Virus record (IMG/VR): IMGVR_UViG_3300012928_000006
Coordinates: 1 to 59,310 of that record
DNA length: 59,310 bases
Origin: a virus
Lineage: Duplodnaviria > Caudoviricetes
Strand: one strand, 5' to 3'
Shown here: one piece after another, positions 1 through 9,758 of the stretch
Layout: the number at the start of each line of letters is the position of its first letter
Position numbering within the stretch: position 1 is the stretch's first letter
Notes under the pieces: model-generated
The model's database searches: none
What the model was told of the DNA's origin: nothing
Seen by the model: the letters and a program-made list of their open reading frames with translations, nothing else
Position numbers and translations under genes: made by a program

Positions 1-1418
1 GCAGTTTCATAATGGCGAGACGCACTAATATGAGTATCTCCTGCTGCTGTAAATTTTATATCTTTGCCAGCATATGCGCCAACACCTTCGTCACCTGTTA
101 AATTCATTGCATTTTCAGCATACAAACTAATATCGTTTTCAGCTGTTGCACTTAAATTATTTGTAACCAATACTTGTTTGTCATTTAACACAGTTGTTTT
201 CATATCATTTGTAACAGTTGTTTCTAAATTATTTTTGCATTTTATTTTACCGTCTATGCCAACTAATAATTCATAATTTTTAGCTGCACTTTGATAAATG
301 TTTTCATTTACAATCATATTGATATTTCTTCCAGCTTCAAAGTTTATATCTCTGTCTGCTGTAAAATTCATATCATTTTCTGTGTGAAAACTTATACTAT
401 CTTGTGCATATACATCAAGTTTTCCATTGGCACTCATTTCTATCCAACAAGATCCATTGCTGTTATTGATATAAATCAAATCTTCACTTGTGTGCATTAA
501 AACTTGTGCGCCTGTTCTTGTACGCAATCTAATAAGTTCATTGTGTGGCATTGTTACATCGCCGCCACCTTCACTTGCTTCTTTGTTAATATATTTGTAA
601 GGAGTATCTGCTGGAGGACCTTCTCTAATAAGTTTGTCATCACCATCATCAATTACAATACTACTACTTCCTAATCTACTTGTAGGTATATTTGCTTTAG
701 ATTCTTTAAGTCCAACTGGTGCTGTTGGCTTACCGCCACGTTTATCTAAAGGACCAGGACTACTAAATCCTACTACTGCACTAGGTGTTTCTCTTTGAGC
801 ACTTGTAGATGTAATACCTCTTATATCATCTTCAACTAAACCTTGCTCTACAAGTTTTTCAACAAATTCATCATTTATTGGTCTTTTGTATTTTACAACA
901 TTGTTAGTATTAGGTTTTGTAATTGCTTTATTATATTCACCTGCTGGTAATCTTTTGCCTTTTAATTCGCTAGGAACATCTCCAGTAAGTTGTTCAGTTG
1001 CAGGCTGTCCACCAGGTGTCATAAAGGTCATACCTTTTTCTGGTATACAAGCAAACCAATAACCAAAATCTCTGCTGCCTTCAACAAAAGTTACAAGCAC
1101 TAATGTACCAGGATCTGGCGGCACTGCCCAAAAACCATAACTTTTTTGTGTACTTGCATAATCATTATTTTTGCTAGGTCCTTTTTGACTATTGGTAGTA
1201 CCATAAAATGGACTTGCATAATATACTTCAACAGTTTGTCCAAGTGTTTCGCCAATATTTCCTGCTTCAGCTGTTTTTAATAATTCAACACGTAGTCCAC
1301 CAAGATACAAACTATCTAAATGTTCAATAACCCTTGCAATGTAAGGACCAGGATTTCTAGATGCTACAGCATCATCACTACCACGTGTTACTTCATTTTT
1401 GTTAGGTATATCGTTCAT
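1..1418 (-). CDS. gp5: Baseplate central spike, gp5/VgrG-like (3' end runs off the window; missing from the ORF track)
   Basis: ATG at 1418 overlaps the upstream stop (ATGA). Translation MNDIPNKNEVTRG..PGPYIARVIEHLDSLYLGGLRVELL..YASPFYG..SYGFWAVPPDPGTLVLVTFVEG..GYWFACIP resembles the gp5 N-terminal OB-fold. The later RLRTRTGAQVLMHTSEDLIYINNSNGSCWIEMSANGKLDVYA starts a beta-helix-type region. Confidence 0.8.
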   Translation of the reverse strand, partial: MNDIPNKNEVTRGSDDAVASRNPGPYIARVIEHLDSLYLGGLRVELLKTAEAGNIGETLGQTVEVYYASPFYGTTNSQKGPSKNNDYASTQKSYGFWAVPPDPGTLVLVTFVEGSRDFGYWFACIPEKGMTFMTPGGQPATEQLTGDVPSELKGKRLPAGEYNKAITKPNTNNVVKYKRPINDEFVEKLVEQGLVEDDIRGITSTSAQRETPSAVVGFSSPGPLDKRGGKPTAPVGLKESKANIPTSRLGSSSIVIDDGDDKLIREGPPADTPYKYINKEASEGGGDVTMPHNELIRLRTRTGAQVLMHTSEDLIYINNSNGSCWIEMSANGKLDVYAQDSISFHTENDMNFTADRDINFEAGRNINMIVNENIYQSAAKNYELLVGIDGKIKCKNNLETTVTNDMKTTVLNDKQVLVTNNLSATAENDISLYAENAMNLTGDEGVGAYAGKDIKFTAAGDTHISASRHYET

Positions 1419-3748
1419 TGCGCTTGTCCATAAGGTGAATAACTTCTTTGATTAGGTGTAGCATCTTTAACTTTGTTCTTTTGATCGCTTGTACCAGTTT
1501 GTCTTGTGTCTTCTGGCTGATTTGGTCTACGCAATAATTTTAATCTTTGAGTAAACACTCCTTTGTCAAAATTGTTTGTAAGAGTTGTAACTCTATACAA
1601 TCCACTAAAACTATCAACTGGAATAGTTTCTTCTGGAAATATCATATTGCCAGCATCTTCATTGTAATCTATTGGAGTTCTAAAATTTACAATTACATCA
1701 ACTTCGCTACGTTGATATTCCATAGATTGATTTTCAGTTGAATTAAATTCTACTGTTGTAGATGTAAAATTACCCATACCACTGTCAAACAAGAAATATG
1801 GATCTCCTACAATTTCTAAATCTAACATTACTAAATCTGTAAAACTATTAATAATATTATCATTAAACATTTTTGCAATTCTAATTTTACTATTATCTAT
1901 ACCAGCACCTCCGCCACCTTGTAGCGATGTTCTTGAATTAGCAAACTGTTGTGAGAAACCTGTACCACTTAAACTGTTTGTTGCTTGATTAATAATATAT
2001 GCATCAGTACCTTGTTGTGAAATACTTTGTACCAATCCACCGCCTTTTCTATCAAGGTTATTTTGTCCCATATCTGACATAATACTTTTAAAAAATGCAG
2101 CATTAATTTGAATATCAAAACTTAATATGTCTACATTCTGTCCTGTGTAGATATAATTGTATTCTCTTTTAGCAAGACTTCTAAGTTGTGAATAACTTAA
2201 ACCAGGATCTGAAGGTTTTTGTAATGCACTGCTATGTACTTTGTAAGGTACAACTCTGTAATGATAGGTTTTTGCAGTTACACCGTCTTGTTGTTCTCTT
2301 GCAGCGCCTTCTTTGACAAAAGTTTGTGCATCTATTTTAAACCATTCAATCATACCGTTTGAATCAGCTGGTTTATCTTTAAGTTGTTGAGCCCAACTAC
2401 TAGTTGTTACAACTTCTTCAATCATTCTTGTAATTTTTGTATCACTATCAAAAGTAAAACTACGTTGCACAGGATCAATTACATTTTTTCCTCTTGTATA
2501 AACTTTATTTTTCTTATCGTATTGTTGTCCACTTTTGCCCATTGGTATTTTACCACTGTCATTAAAACTTTTTGCAATGTCTGCATTACCAATAATGTTG
2601 ACACTACCAGGCTCTTGTGCAATTTTTATAAGTCCTTCGCCTATACTGCTTTTACTAAAAATTAATCCAGTTACGCTGCTAAGAAATGCATCAAAATCCT
2701 GCGGCGCTTGCGCTCCTAAAAATCCTGTAATACTTTGAAACACACTGTTGATGTCACCAGACCTAAATGCATTTAGCACTCCATTTAATGCACCAAAATT
2801 TGCTCCGCCAAATGCTCCACCTAACGCTCCAACTATGCCTCCACCTAGTGCAGCCCTGCCAAGATTCTTTTCTCCTGCTAGTGCGCCTGCAACAACACCA
2901 CCTATAACACCTTTTGCAAGATTACCAAACAACGGATTGCGAGATTTTTTTGGTGCTATAGTAGCTCCCCTATCAACTGTGTTTGTTTTTTGTGAATTGC
3001 TGACACTTGATGTAATATCATTTGGAAAAGATATAATTATTTCGTCTGCAACAGGATAGTTGCCTTCTTTTCTAAGTTCTTCATATCGGCCATTTACAAT
3101 TGTTGTTAAACTTTCAGGTCCTGTTTGCAAAATTTCTACAACATTTTTTCCTGTTACAGTAATATCGCTGTAAGTTCTATCAATTTGATCAATAAGTGCT
3201 TGTTCGTTCCAAGGAATAGCAGTAACTTGATAAGTTGTGCCACTTGCTCCAATATTAAATTCAACATTGGTAAGTTTCATAGGAATTTTTCTTTGTAAAT
3301 TTTTAGTATCAACAGTAACAGGATTACCATCGTCATCAAATCCTACAAATTCAATTGTAAGCAAAAAAGGTGCTTGTATATAATTTGTAAAACCTGCTTG
3401 TAAAGCAGCAATCTGTAAAGTTTGTAAAAACAAACCCATACTGTAAGGTTCTGTAACTTGAAACTCAATATTAGTTGCATTTGTTAATCTTGTTTTTGTA
3501 TTAGGAACAACAATTGCTTCTATACTTACATCTTCAATATAATATTCTAGTTTGCCGCCTATTTGATCTTCAAAAACAGTTGATACGTAGCTTTCGCTCT
3601 TACCGCCGCTTTTTAAAATCTCTAATTGAGCTGTTGCACCGATATATGTTTCATCAGGATAGTTTATTTCCTCTTTTGTCAATACTGCCAAAGTGAAAAT
3701 ACTATTATAACTTGAATAAACGTGTAACGGATTAATCTCTTTGGCCAT
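1415..3748 (-). CDS. Baseplate hub protein (gp27/VgrG-hub-like), 777 aa
   Basis: Directly upstream of the gp5-like gene. C-terminal 'LDLEIVGDPY...FSGLYRVTTLTNNFDKGVFTQRLKLLR' is typical of hub proteins. Confidence 0.6.
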   Translation of the reverse strand: MAKEINPLHVYSSYNSIFTLAVLTKEEINYPDETYIGATAQLEILKSGGKSESYVSTVFEDQIGGKLEYYIEDVSIEAIVVPNTKTRLTNATNIEFQVTEPYSMGLFLQTLQIAALQAGFTNYIQAPFLLTIEFVGFDDDGNPVTVDTKNLQRKIPMKLTNVEFNIGASGTTYQVTAIPWNEQALIDQIDRTYSDITVTGKNVVEILQTGPESLTTIVNGRYEELRKEGNYPVADEIIISFPNDITSSVSNSQKTNTVDRGATIAPKKSRNPLFGNLAKGVIGGVVAGALAGEKNLGRAALGGGIVGALGGAFGGANFGALNGVLNAFRSGDINSVFQSITGFLGAQAPQDFDAFLSSVTGLIFSKSSIGEGLIKIAQEPGSVNIIGNADIAKSFNDSGKIPMGKSGQQYDKKNKVYTRGKNVIDPVQRSFTFDSDTKITRMIEEVVTTSSWAQQLKDKPADSNGMIEWFKIDAQTFVKEGAAREQQDGVTAKTYHYRVVPYKVHSSALQKPSDPGLSYSQLRSLAKREYNYIYTGQNVDILSFDIQINAAFFKSIMSDMGQNNLDRKGGGLVQSISQQGTDAYIINQATNSLSGTGFSQQFANSRTSLQGGGGAGIDNSKIRIAKMFNDNIINSFTDLVMLDLEIVGDPYFLFDSGMGNFTSTTVEFNSTENQSMEYQRSEVDVIVNFRTPIDYNEDAGNMIFPEETIPVDSFSGLYRVTTLTNNFDKGVFTQRLKLLRRPNQPEDTRQTGTSDQKNKVKDATPNQRSYSPYGQAQ

Positions 3749-4054
3749 TTACAGTCCTAATTCTTCTTTAAGATTACTTTGCTTAGGTAAAAATATCTTT
3801 GTTCCTGATTTTATATCAAATACAGGATCTTTTATAAGATCCATATTGCGTTGTGCAAACACCCACCACAATTTTGCAGTACCATATAAGTCGTATGCAA
3901 GTAAATCCGGTCTGTGATTGTATTGAGGCTCTATCTCATACAAAAGATCATCATCTTCTGCAGGAATAGGAACTATTTCTAATATTCCTAGTTCTCCTGA
4001 TTCTGTTACAGTTGTTTTATTCCAAGGACTTGTTTTTGCATAGCTAACTGGCAT
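3749..4054 (-). CDS. gp53: Baseplate wedge protein, gp53/LysM-like, 101 aa
   Basis: Motif YNHRPDLLAYDLYGTAKLWWVFAQRN...GTKIFLP matches the gp53/LysM-like baseplate signature. Baseplate operon context. Confidence 0.7.
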   Translation of the reverse strand: MPVSYAKTSPWNKTTVTESGELGILEIVPIPAEDDDLLYEIEPQYNHRPDLLAYDLYGTAKLWWVFAQRNMDLIKDPVFDIKSGTKIFLPKQSNLKEELGL

Positions 4055-4881
4055 TATAGAAATCCTTCATTTTTCAAATCGCCGTTTACAAACTTGTCTA
4101 AACTGAATGATGCAGCTTTGATTCTGCTGTATGTTGGCTGTAATGTAACACTCATAGTTGATAATGTTGGTACCCAACTGTATTCTTCTGCACTTTGCGT
4201 ATTTTGTGTGCCAGTGAATGAATTTCTAATTGGTACTCTTATGTAATCAACACCATTTTCTAAACTATAGTTGAAGTTTTGCACCACACAAGGTACATTG
4301 TTTAGAACATATTGTCCATAACCGTTAACTTTAACTAATGGTGGCGGTGATCCTTTGTTGCTTGTTTCTCCAAAAGCCATTTTTGTAACACTTTTGAAAA
4401 AATGCACTGCTGCAATCCAATATCTGCCGTCATCTTCTGTTTGCACTGGAAACTCTCCGGCTATAACAAAAGGTTCAACACTACTACTTTCATATATTGG
4501 AAAGGGATAATTACTATGTGTAGGAGCACTTAAATTATAATTCGCTGTATGCTGAAATGTTATGTTAGGCACAAGAGGAAACACCACGTTGTTTGCTGTT
4601 TGTGCAAGTGGTGCTAAAATAGGACTTGATCTAAACGTGCTTATATCTGGAACACTTATTCGTACTCGCCAGTCTTCACCTACGGATTCATTACTAGGTT
4701 TAAAATTAGCAGTTGAATATTTTGCACTTGCTGGTTCTGCACCTGGTGATAAATTGCGACTACGTAAGTTGCTCATAAACTGGTTTACATTCGTTAAGAA
4801 GTCAGATATGCTCTGTTTATTTTGTATGTTGCTTTCACTGCCAACGTTTGTGTCAATGCCTGTAATTGGATCTATTGCCAT
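4054..4881 (-). CDS. Baseplate/tail-tube initiator-like protein (gp48/gp54-type)
   Basis: 'GSPPPLVKVNGYGQYVLNNVPCVVQNFNYSL..YI..WVP' is typical of tube-initiator proteins. First gene of the baseplate operon; GGAG RBS and a late promoter upstream. Confidence 0.55.
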   Translation of the reverse strand: MAIDPITGIDTNVGSESNIQNKQSISDFLTNVNQFMSNLRSRNLSPGAEPASAKYSTANFKPSNESVGEDWRVRISVPDISTFRSSPILAPLAQTANNVVFPLVPNITFQHTANYNLSAPTHSNYPFPIYESSSVEPFVIAGEFPVQTEDDGRYWIAAVHFFKSVTKMAFGETSNKGSPPPLVKVNGYGQYVLNNVPCVVQNFNYSLENGVDYIRVPIRNSFTGTQNTQSAEEYSWVPTLSTMSVTLQPTYSRIKAASFSLDKFVNGDLKNEGFL

Positions 4882-4899
4882 AGTGATACTCCTATAATG

Positions 4900-4905
4900 T
4901 ATTTA
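4900..4905 (-). promoter_or_regulatory. T4-type late promoter (TAAATA) for the baseplate operon
   Basis: TAAATA on the minus strand about 19 nt upstream of the 4881 start. Its 16-bp context AACTAAATACATTATA is identical to 9756-9771. Confidence 0.7.
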
Positions 4906-4906
4906 G

Positions 4907-4935
4907 TTGACAAAAATAAGTGCGTAGTTTATAAT
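4907..4935 (+). promoter_or_regulatory. Consensus sigma70 promoter for gp55
   Basis: TTGACA (4907-4912), 17 nt, TATAAT (4930-4935). Confidence 0.85.
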
Positions 4936-4957
4936 AGAATTAAGTAAAGGAATAATT

Positions 4958-5782
4958 ATGGCCAAGAGAATCAATTATCTTAACAATAAAGATATGTTAA
5001 AAGAAATACACAAAAGCAAAGCTACATTTTGTAGTTATGTTGATCCTGTATATGCTGTGTATGATATTATTTTACCAAGCATAGAAAAGATCAATGTAAG
5101 GACTATTGCAGAAGCAAAGAGAAACCGTGCTAAGAAAATGTCAACTGAAGCATATGAGACAGCAAAAGCAGTAAACAAAAAAGTTAAAATGTCAGAATAC
5201 GAAGTTGACTACAGAACAATAGACAAAAGTTCATTAATATTTAGAGTAATGATGTTTGATCACATTCCAGACGAGCCTGGACGTAAGAAAACACCAAAAA
5301 CAATAGCAGATACAAAAACAAAACTAAATTTTCCACCATTTCAACACTATAAATTTGACGAACACGATGAACTTGTTTGTGTAGGTAAAAGTCACTGGCA
5401 AGGTGGAATGGAAAATGGACATTTTGACAAGACACACGGTAAAGCAACTAATGAACTTGCACGTATGTGGATGAAGTTAGTTGATAGATATGCAACTAGA
5501 GGCAATGTACGTGGATATACATACAACGACGAAATGAAAGGACAAGCAATCCTTCAATTGTCACAGATAGGACTACAATTTGATGAAAGTAAATCCAACA
5601 ATCCTTTTGCTTATTATACCGCTGCTGTTACTAATAGCTTTGTGCGTGTCATTAATTTAGAAAAACGCAATCAAAACATAAGAGATGACATATTAGAGAT
5701 GAATAATCTTAATCCTTCACACACAAGACAACACTCAGGCGAGTGGGAAGCAGCATTACGTAGAGAATCAGAGCAGAAATAA
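4958..5782 (+). CDS. gp55: Late-transcription sigma factor gp55
   Basis: NYLNNKDML...YATRGNVRGYTYNDEMKGQAILQL..FDESKSNNPFAYYTAAVTNSFVRVINLEKR; lies upstream of gp47/gp46 as in T4-like phages. Confidence 0.9.
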   Translation: MAKRINYLNNKDMLKEIHKSKATFCSYVDPVYAVYDIILPSIEKINVRTIAEAKRNRAKKMSTEAYETAKAVNKKVKMSEYEVDYRTIDKSSLIFRVMMFDHIPDEPGRKKTPKTIADTKTKLNFPPFQHYKFDEHDELVCVGKSHWQGGMENGHFDKTHGKATNELARMWMKLVDRYATRGNVRGYTYNDEMKGQAILQLSQIGLQFDESKSNNPFAYYTAAVTNSFVRVINLEKRNQNIRDDILEMNNLNPSHTRQHSGEWEAALRRESEQK

Positions 5783-5784
5783 GG

Positions 5785-5813
5785 TTGATTTTCTGTAAAA
5801 ACTAAGCTATACT
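5785..5813 (+). promoter_or_regulatory. sigma70-type promoter for gp47/gp46
   Basis: TTGATT, 17 nt, TATACT. Confidence 0.65.
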
Positions 5814-5835
5814 GCTAGGGAAGTGGAGAATATTC

Positions 5836-6849
5836 GTGTTTAAAAAAGCAGCAGTGTTTACTGACATACATTTAGGTATGAAAGGTAACTCACGTGTTCA
5901 TAATCAAGACTGTGAATCATATATTGATTGGTATATTGAAACAGCAAAGGCAAATAACTGTGAAACAGGACTCTTTTGCGGTGACTGGCACCATAATAGG
6001 AACAGTTTGAACCTTACAACTATGGATACAACCATTAAGTTGTTAGAAAAACTAGGTCAAGCATTTGAAAACTTCTATATGTTTGCAGGTAACCACGACT
6101 TGTACTACAAAGACAAGCGTGATGTAAAGTCAACAGAGTTTGCAAAGCATATTCCTAACATAACAGTAGTGGATGAAATACAAGTTATTGATGATGTAGC
6201 ACTAGTTCCGTGGTTAGTAGGTGATGAATGGCGCCGAATGGAGAAGTTACAATCTAAATACTTGTTTGGACACTTTGAATTACCTAGTTTCTATATGAAT
6301 GCAATGGTACAAATGCCTGATCACGGAGATCTAAAAAGCGAACACTTCAAAAATCAAGAGTATGTGTTCAGTGGACACTTCCACAAGCGGCAAAAGCAAG
6401 GTAAAATACATTACATTGGTAATGCTTTTCCACATAACTATGCAGATGCTTGGGATGATGACCGCGGTATGATGATATTGGATAGAGAAAACAATGCTGA
6501 ACCAGAATATATTAACTGGCCAGCGTGTCCAAAGTATCGTACAGTTAAATTATCACAGTTAATTGATGAGAAAGACACACTGATCAAGCCTAATATGTAC
6601 TTGAGGGTTACACTTGATATTGATATTAGTTATGAAGAAGCCAGTTATATTAAAGAAACATTTATGGAACAATACAAGTGTAGAGAAATAACACTTATTC
6701 CACAAAAACACATTGAAGAAATAAACACAGACTTGGATATCGAACAGTTTGAAAGTGTAGATCAGATTGTAAGTAATGAGATTCAAGCAATTGACAGCGA
6801 ACAGTTCAATAAAAAACTATTATTAGACATTTATAACGAGTTAGTATGA
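5836..6849 (+). CDS. gp47: Recombination endonuclease subunit (Mre11/SbcD-like)
   Basis: Metallophosphoesterase motifs DIHLG, GDWHH, GNHD, GHFE, SGHFH. Confidence 0.92.
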   Translation: MFKKAAVFTDIHLGMKGNSRVHNQDCESYIDWYIETAKANNCETGLFCGDWHHNRNSLNLTTMDTTIKLLEKLGQAFENFYMFAGNHDLYYKDKRDVKSTEFAKHIPNITVVDEIQVIDDVALVPWLVGDEWRRMEKLQSKYLFGHFELPSFYMNAMVQMPDHGDLKSEHFKNQEYVFSGHFHKRQKQGKIHYIGNAFPHNYADAWDDDRGMMILDRENNAEPEYINWPACPKYRTVKLSQLIDEKDTLIKPNMYLRVTLDIDISYEEASYIKETFMEQYKCREITLIPQKHIEEINTDLDIEQFESVDQIVSNEIQAIDSEQFNKKLLLDIYNELV

Positions 6850-8621
6850 TAAAAATTAAAGATCTCACAGTAAAAAACTTTATGAGTGTGGGTAATGTTA
6901 CCCAGGCAGTTGACTTCAATAAGGAGCAACTTACTCTAGTGCTTGGTGAAAACTTAGACCAAGGAGGTGACGATACAGGATCACGCAACGGTACAGGTAA
7001 AACAACAATAATCAATGGATTATCCTACGCCTTGTACGGCCAAGCACTAACAAATATCAAGAGAAACAACTTGATTAACAAAACTAACAGCAAAGGTATG
7101 TTAGTTACACTAAATTTTGAAAAGGGCAACAACAAATATCGTATAGAACGTGGTAGATCACCAAATATACTCAAGTTTTTCATAAATGATCACGAACAGC
7201 AAGAAGATGTCAACGAATCACAAGGTGATAGTAGACAAACGCAAAAAGATATTGATGATTTACTGAATATGAGTCACGATATGTTCAAACACGTTGTTGC
7301 ATTGAACACATATACAGAACCTTTCCTAAGTATGCGAGCAAATGACCAACGTGCAATCATTGAACAGTTGCTTGGTATAACAATTCTTACTGAAAAAGCA
7401 GATTTACTGAAGGAAAAAGTAAAACAAACAAAAGAATATATCACAGAAGCAACATTAAAAATAAATGCTATCGAATCTAGTAATAAAAAGATTGAACAAA
7501 GCATTGAAACGCTTGCAGGAAGACAAAAAGCGTGGTTTGCTAAACAAAAACAAGATATAGAAAAGCTAGATAAAGCAATTGAAGAATTAGAAAAGCTAGA
7601 TATTGAAAATGAACTCGAAGCACACGACAAATTAGTAAATTGGACTGAATTAAACAATCGTGTTACAAGTCTTAACAAAGAAAAAGCAACACTTGAAACT
7701 GCACTTATGAGAGCAACTAAGACTGTTGACAAAGCAGAGAAAGATATTGAAGAATTAGTTGATGCTATTTGTTATACTTGTGGACAAGAGCTACACGCAG
7801 ATAAAAAAGCTGAGATTGAAAAGAAGAAAACAAAAGAACTGAACGATGCACTTGCATATCAAACAGAAGTTGCTGATAAACTAGAAACAACAATGAATTT
7901 ATTAACAGATATAGGTGATATCAACGGGCGTCCAGATACTTTTTATGAAAGTGCAAAAGAAGCATATGAACATAGAAACAATGTAGATAACTTTCGTCAA
8001 AGTTTGGTAAGTAAACAGCAGGAAGAAGATCCTTATCAAGCACAGATTGACGATTTAACAAATACAGCTCTTCAAGAAATTGATTGGCAAAGTGTAAATG
8101 ACTTGACTAATATAAAAGAACACCAAGAGTTTCTATTGAAACTGTTGACAAACAAAGATTCTTTTATACGTAAAAAGATAATTGATCAAAACTTGGCATA
8201 TTTGAACAACAGGCTCACTTATTATTTAGACAAACTAGGCTTACCACATCAAGTTGAATTCCAAAATGACTTATCAGTTGAGATTACACAACTAGGACAA
8301 GATTTAGACTTTGATAACTTGAGCAGAGGCGAACGCAACAGGCTAATACTAGGAATGAGTTTTGCATTTAGAGATGTTTGGGAATCATTATACCAAGGAG
8401 TAAATTTATTATTCATTGATGAACTTATTGATAGTGGTATGGACACCGCAGGAGTTGAAGGAGCATTGGCTGTACTCAAAAAGATGGGTAGAGAACGTAG
8501 AAAAAATGTTTTTCTTATTTCGCATAAAGACGAACTTGTTGGAAGAGTCAATCACGTAATGAAAGTTATTAAGGAAAATGGATTTACATCATACGAGAAC
8601 GATGTTGAAATTGTAGAATGA
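6846..8621 (+). CDS. gp46: Recombination endonuclease ATPase subunit (Rad50/SbcC-like)
   Basis: KNFMSVGN, Walker A GSRNGTGKT, CYTCGQ zinc hook in a coiled coil, LSRGE signature, LFIDE Walker B, ISH. Confidence 0.93.
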   Translation: MIKIKDLTVKNFMSVGNVTQAVDFNKEQLTLVLGENLDQGGDDTGSRNGTGKTTIINGLSYALYGQALTNIKRNNLINKTNSKGMLVTLNFEKGNNKYRIERGRSPNILKFFINDHEQQEDVNESQGDSRQTQKDIDDLLNMSHDMFKHVVALNTYTEPFLSMRANDQRAIIEQLLGITILTEKADLLKEKVKQTKEYITEATLKINAIESSNKKIEQSIETLAGRQKAWFAKQKQDIEKLDKAIEELEKLDIENELEAHDKLVNWTELNNRVTSLNKEKATLETALMRATKTVDKAEKDIEELVDAICYTCGQELHADKKAEIEKKKTKELNDALAYQTEVADKLETTMNLLTDIGDINGRPDTFYESAKEAYEHRNNVDNFRQSLVSKQQEEDPYQAQIDDLTNTALQEIDWQSVNDLTNIKEHQEFLLKLLTNKDSFIRKKIIDQNLAYLNNRLTYYLDKLGLPHQVEFQNDLSVEITQLGQDLDFDNLSRGERNRLILGMSFAFRDVWESLYQGVNLLFIDELIDSGMDTAGVEGALAVLKKMGRERRKNVFLISHKDELVGRVNHVMKVIKENGFTSYENDVEIVE

Positions 8622-8857
8622 CAGACGACACACACGACGAACTAGTAAAAACATATTTAGAATATTTTAAGGCAAACGAAAAGTTTGAACAAAGTCCTAG
8701 TGAAGCAACAAAACGCAGTGCTAGGAGAGAACTTAGAAAACTTATTACATTAGCAAAGGCAAGACAATTAGAAATAGCAAAAAAATACGAAGAGGTACTT
8801 AGAGGCTACAGAGAAAACCAGAAATGGCAGACAAATAGAAAACATCCATATACATAG
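8618..8857 (+). CDS. Small basic helical protein, possibly Hc1 histone-like
   Basis: 79 aa, overlaps the gp46 stop. 'NEKFEQSPSEATKRSARRELRKLITLAKARQLEI' loosely resembles Hc1-like proteins. Confidence 0.45.
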   Translation: MTDDTHDELVKTYLEYFKANEKFEQSPSEATKRSARRELRKLITLAKARQLEIAKKYEEVLRGYRENQKWQTNRKHPYT

Positions 8858-8860
8858 TTT

Positions 8861-9286
8861 ATGCATTGGACGTACAAAGGTAAAAAAGTAAACACTATCG
8901 CAGATGAATACGAAGGCTTTGTATATCTAATAACAAACAAAAAGACGAAACAAAAATACGTAGGCAAGAAGTTAGCAAAATTTAAAACAACCAAGCCACC
9001 ATTAAAAGGCAAAAAGAACAAACGTCGAGGCTATAAAGAAAGTGATTGGCGTGAATACTGGGGAAGTTCAGATAAACTGAACGAAGATGTAAAACAACTA
9101 GGCGAAAAAAACTTTACTCGTGAAATACTTTACTACTGCAAAAGCAGAGCAGAGATGAGTTACATAGAAGCACGAGAACAGTTTGATAGGCGAGTCTTAG
9201 AGACAGACGAATACTACAACGGAATCATCAATGTTAGAGTTGGTGGATCAAATAAACTACGCCAGGCACTACTAGAACAAAAATAG
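8861..9286 (+). CDS. Standalone GIY-YIG endonuclease (Seg-like)
   Basis: GFVYLITN..KYVGKK...YWGSS...NFTREIL...E...YYN, the GIY-YIG catalytic module with no large DNA-binding extension. Confidence 0.8.
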   Translation: MHWTYKGKKVNTIADEYEGFVYLITNKKTKQKYVGKKLAKFKTTKPPLKGKKNKRRGYKESDWREYWGSSDKLNEDVKQLGEKNFTREILYYCKSRAEMSYIEAREQFDRRVLETDEYYNGIINVRVGGSNKLRQALLEQK

Positions 9287-9289
9287 GCT

Positions 9290-9750
9290 ATATAACGAGC
9301 TCTGAAAAAATCCAAGATCCAGCCGAGGTAATGCTCGTCGCCGGTGGTGTGGTATGCTCGCGTGAAGAAACATACGATAGGTTTTAAAGGATTGTGGCTC
9401 TGAGAAAAAGCAACCACAGGGTAAGTGTTTTCGCTTGTTAGGGAATTACTGCCTTCCGTTGATATGACGAAGCTAGAGTAGGAGGATACAGGTCAACCGC
9501 CTCCGACTTACGCTACACCGTATAATTTAATTTTATACGCTACACCGTAAGAATCTCTTTTAATAAGATGGCTGAAGCGACTCGAATAATGCTCAAAAGC
9601 TACCTTCGCCCGGCAACGGGCGAATTATGACTTCACAATCTGAATAATACTAAAAGCATATGCATAGCATATGCCTTATTAATATTGTTATCAAGAACTA
9701 ATGATTCGTGTTGAGTGATAACGAAAACACAGTTGAACGTAGTTCAACTA
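9290..9750 (+). other. Highly structured non-coding element (large ncRNA or ssDNA/origin structure)
   Basis: About 470 nt with no credible ORF, GC-richer than its flanks, and many stems (see findings). Confidence 0.6.
9509..9549. repeat. 14-bp direct repeat TACGCTACACCGTA x2
   Basis: Exact copies at 9509-9522 and 9536-9549, separated by 13 nt of pure A/T. Confidence 0.9.
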
Positions 9751-9758
9751 ATATAAAC

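Noticed and set aside
1-4881. Bacterial T6SS or extracellular contractile injection system locus
   Set aside because: Portal, protease, capsid, gp55 and gp46/47 genes show this is a complete phage morphogenesis region.
9214-9417. 67-aa minus-strand ORF, and a group I intron reading of 9287-9755
   Set aside because: The ORF is antisense to the nuclease gene with no signals. No interrupted host gene or convincing P7/R-S core is visible for an intron.
9509-9549. Mini CRISPR-like array
   Set aside because: Only two 14-bp repeats with a 13-nt A/T spacer and no cas genes; better explained as part of a hairpin.
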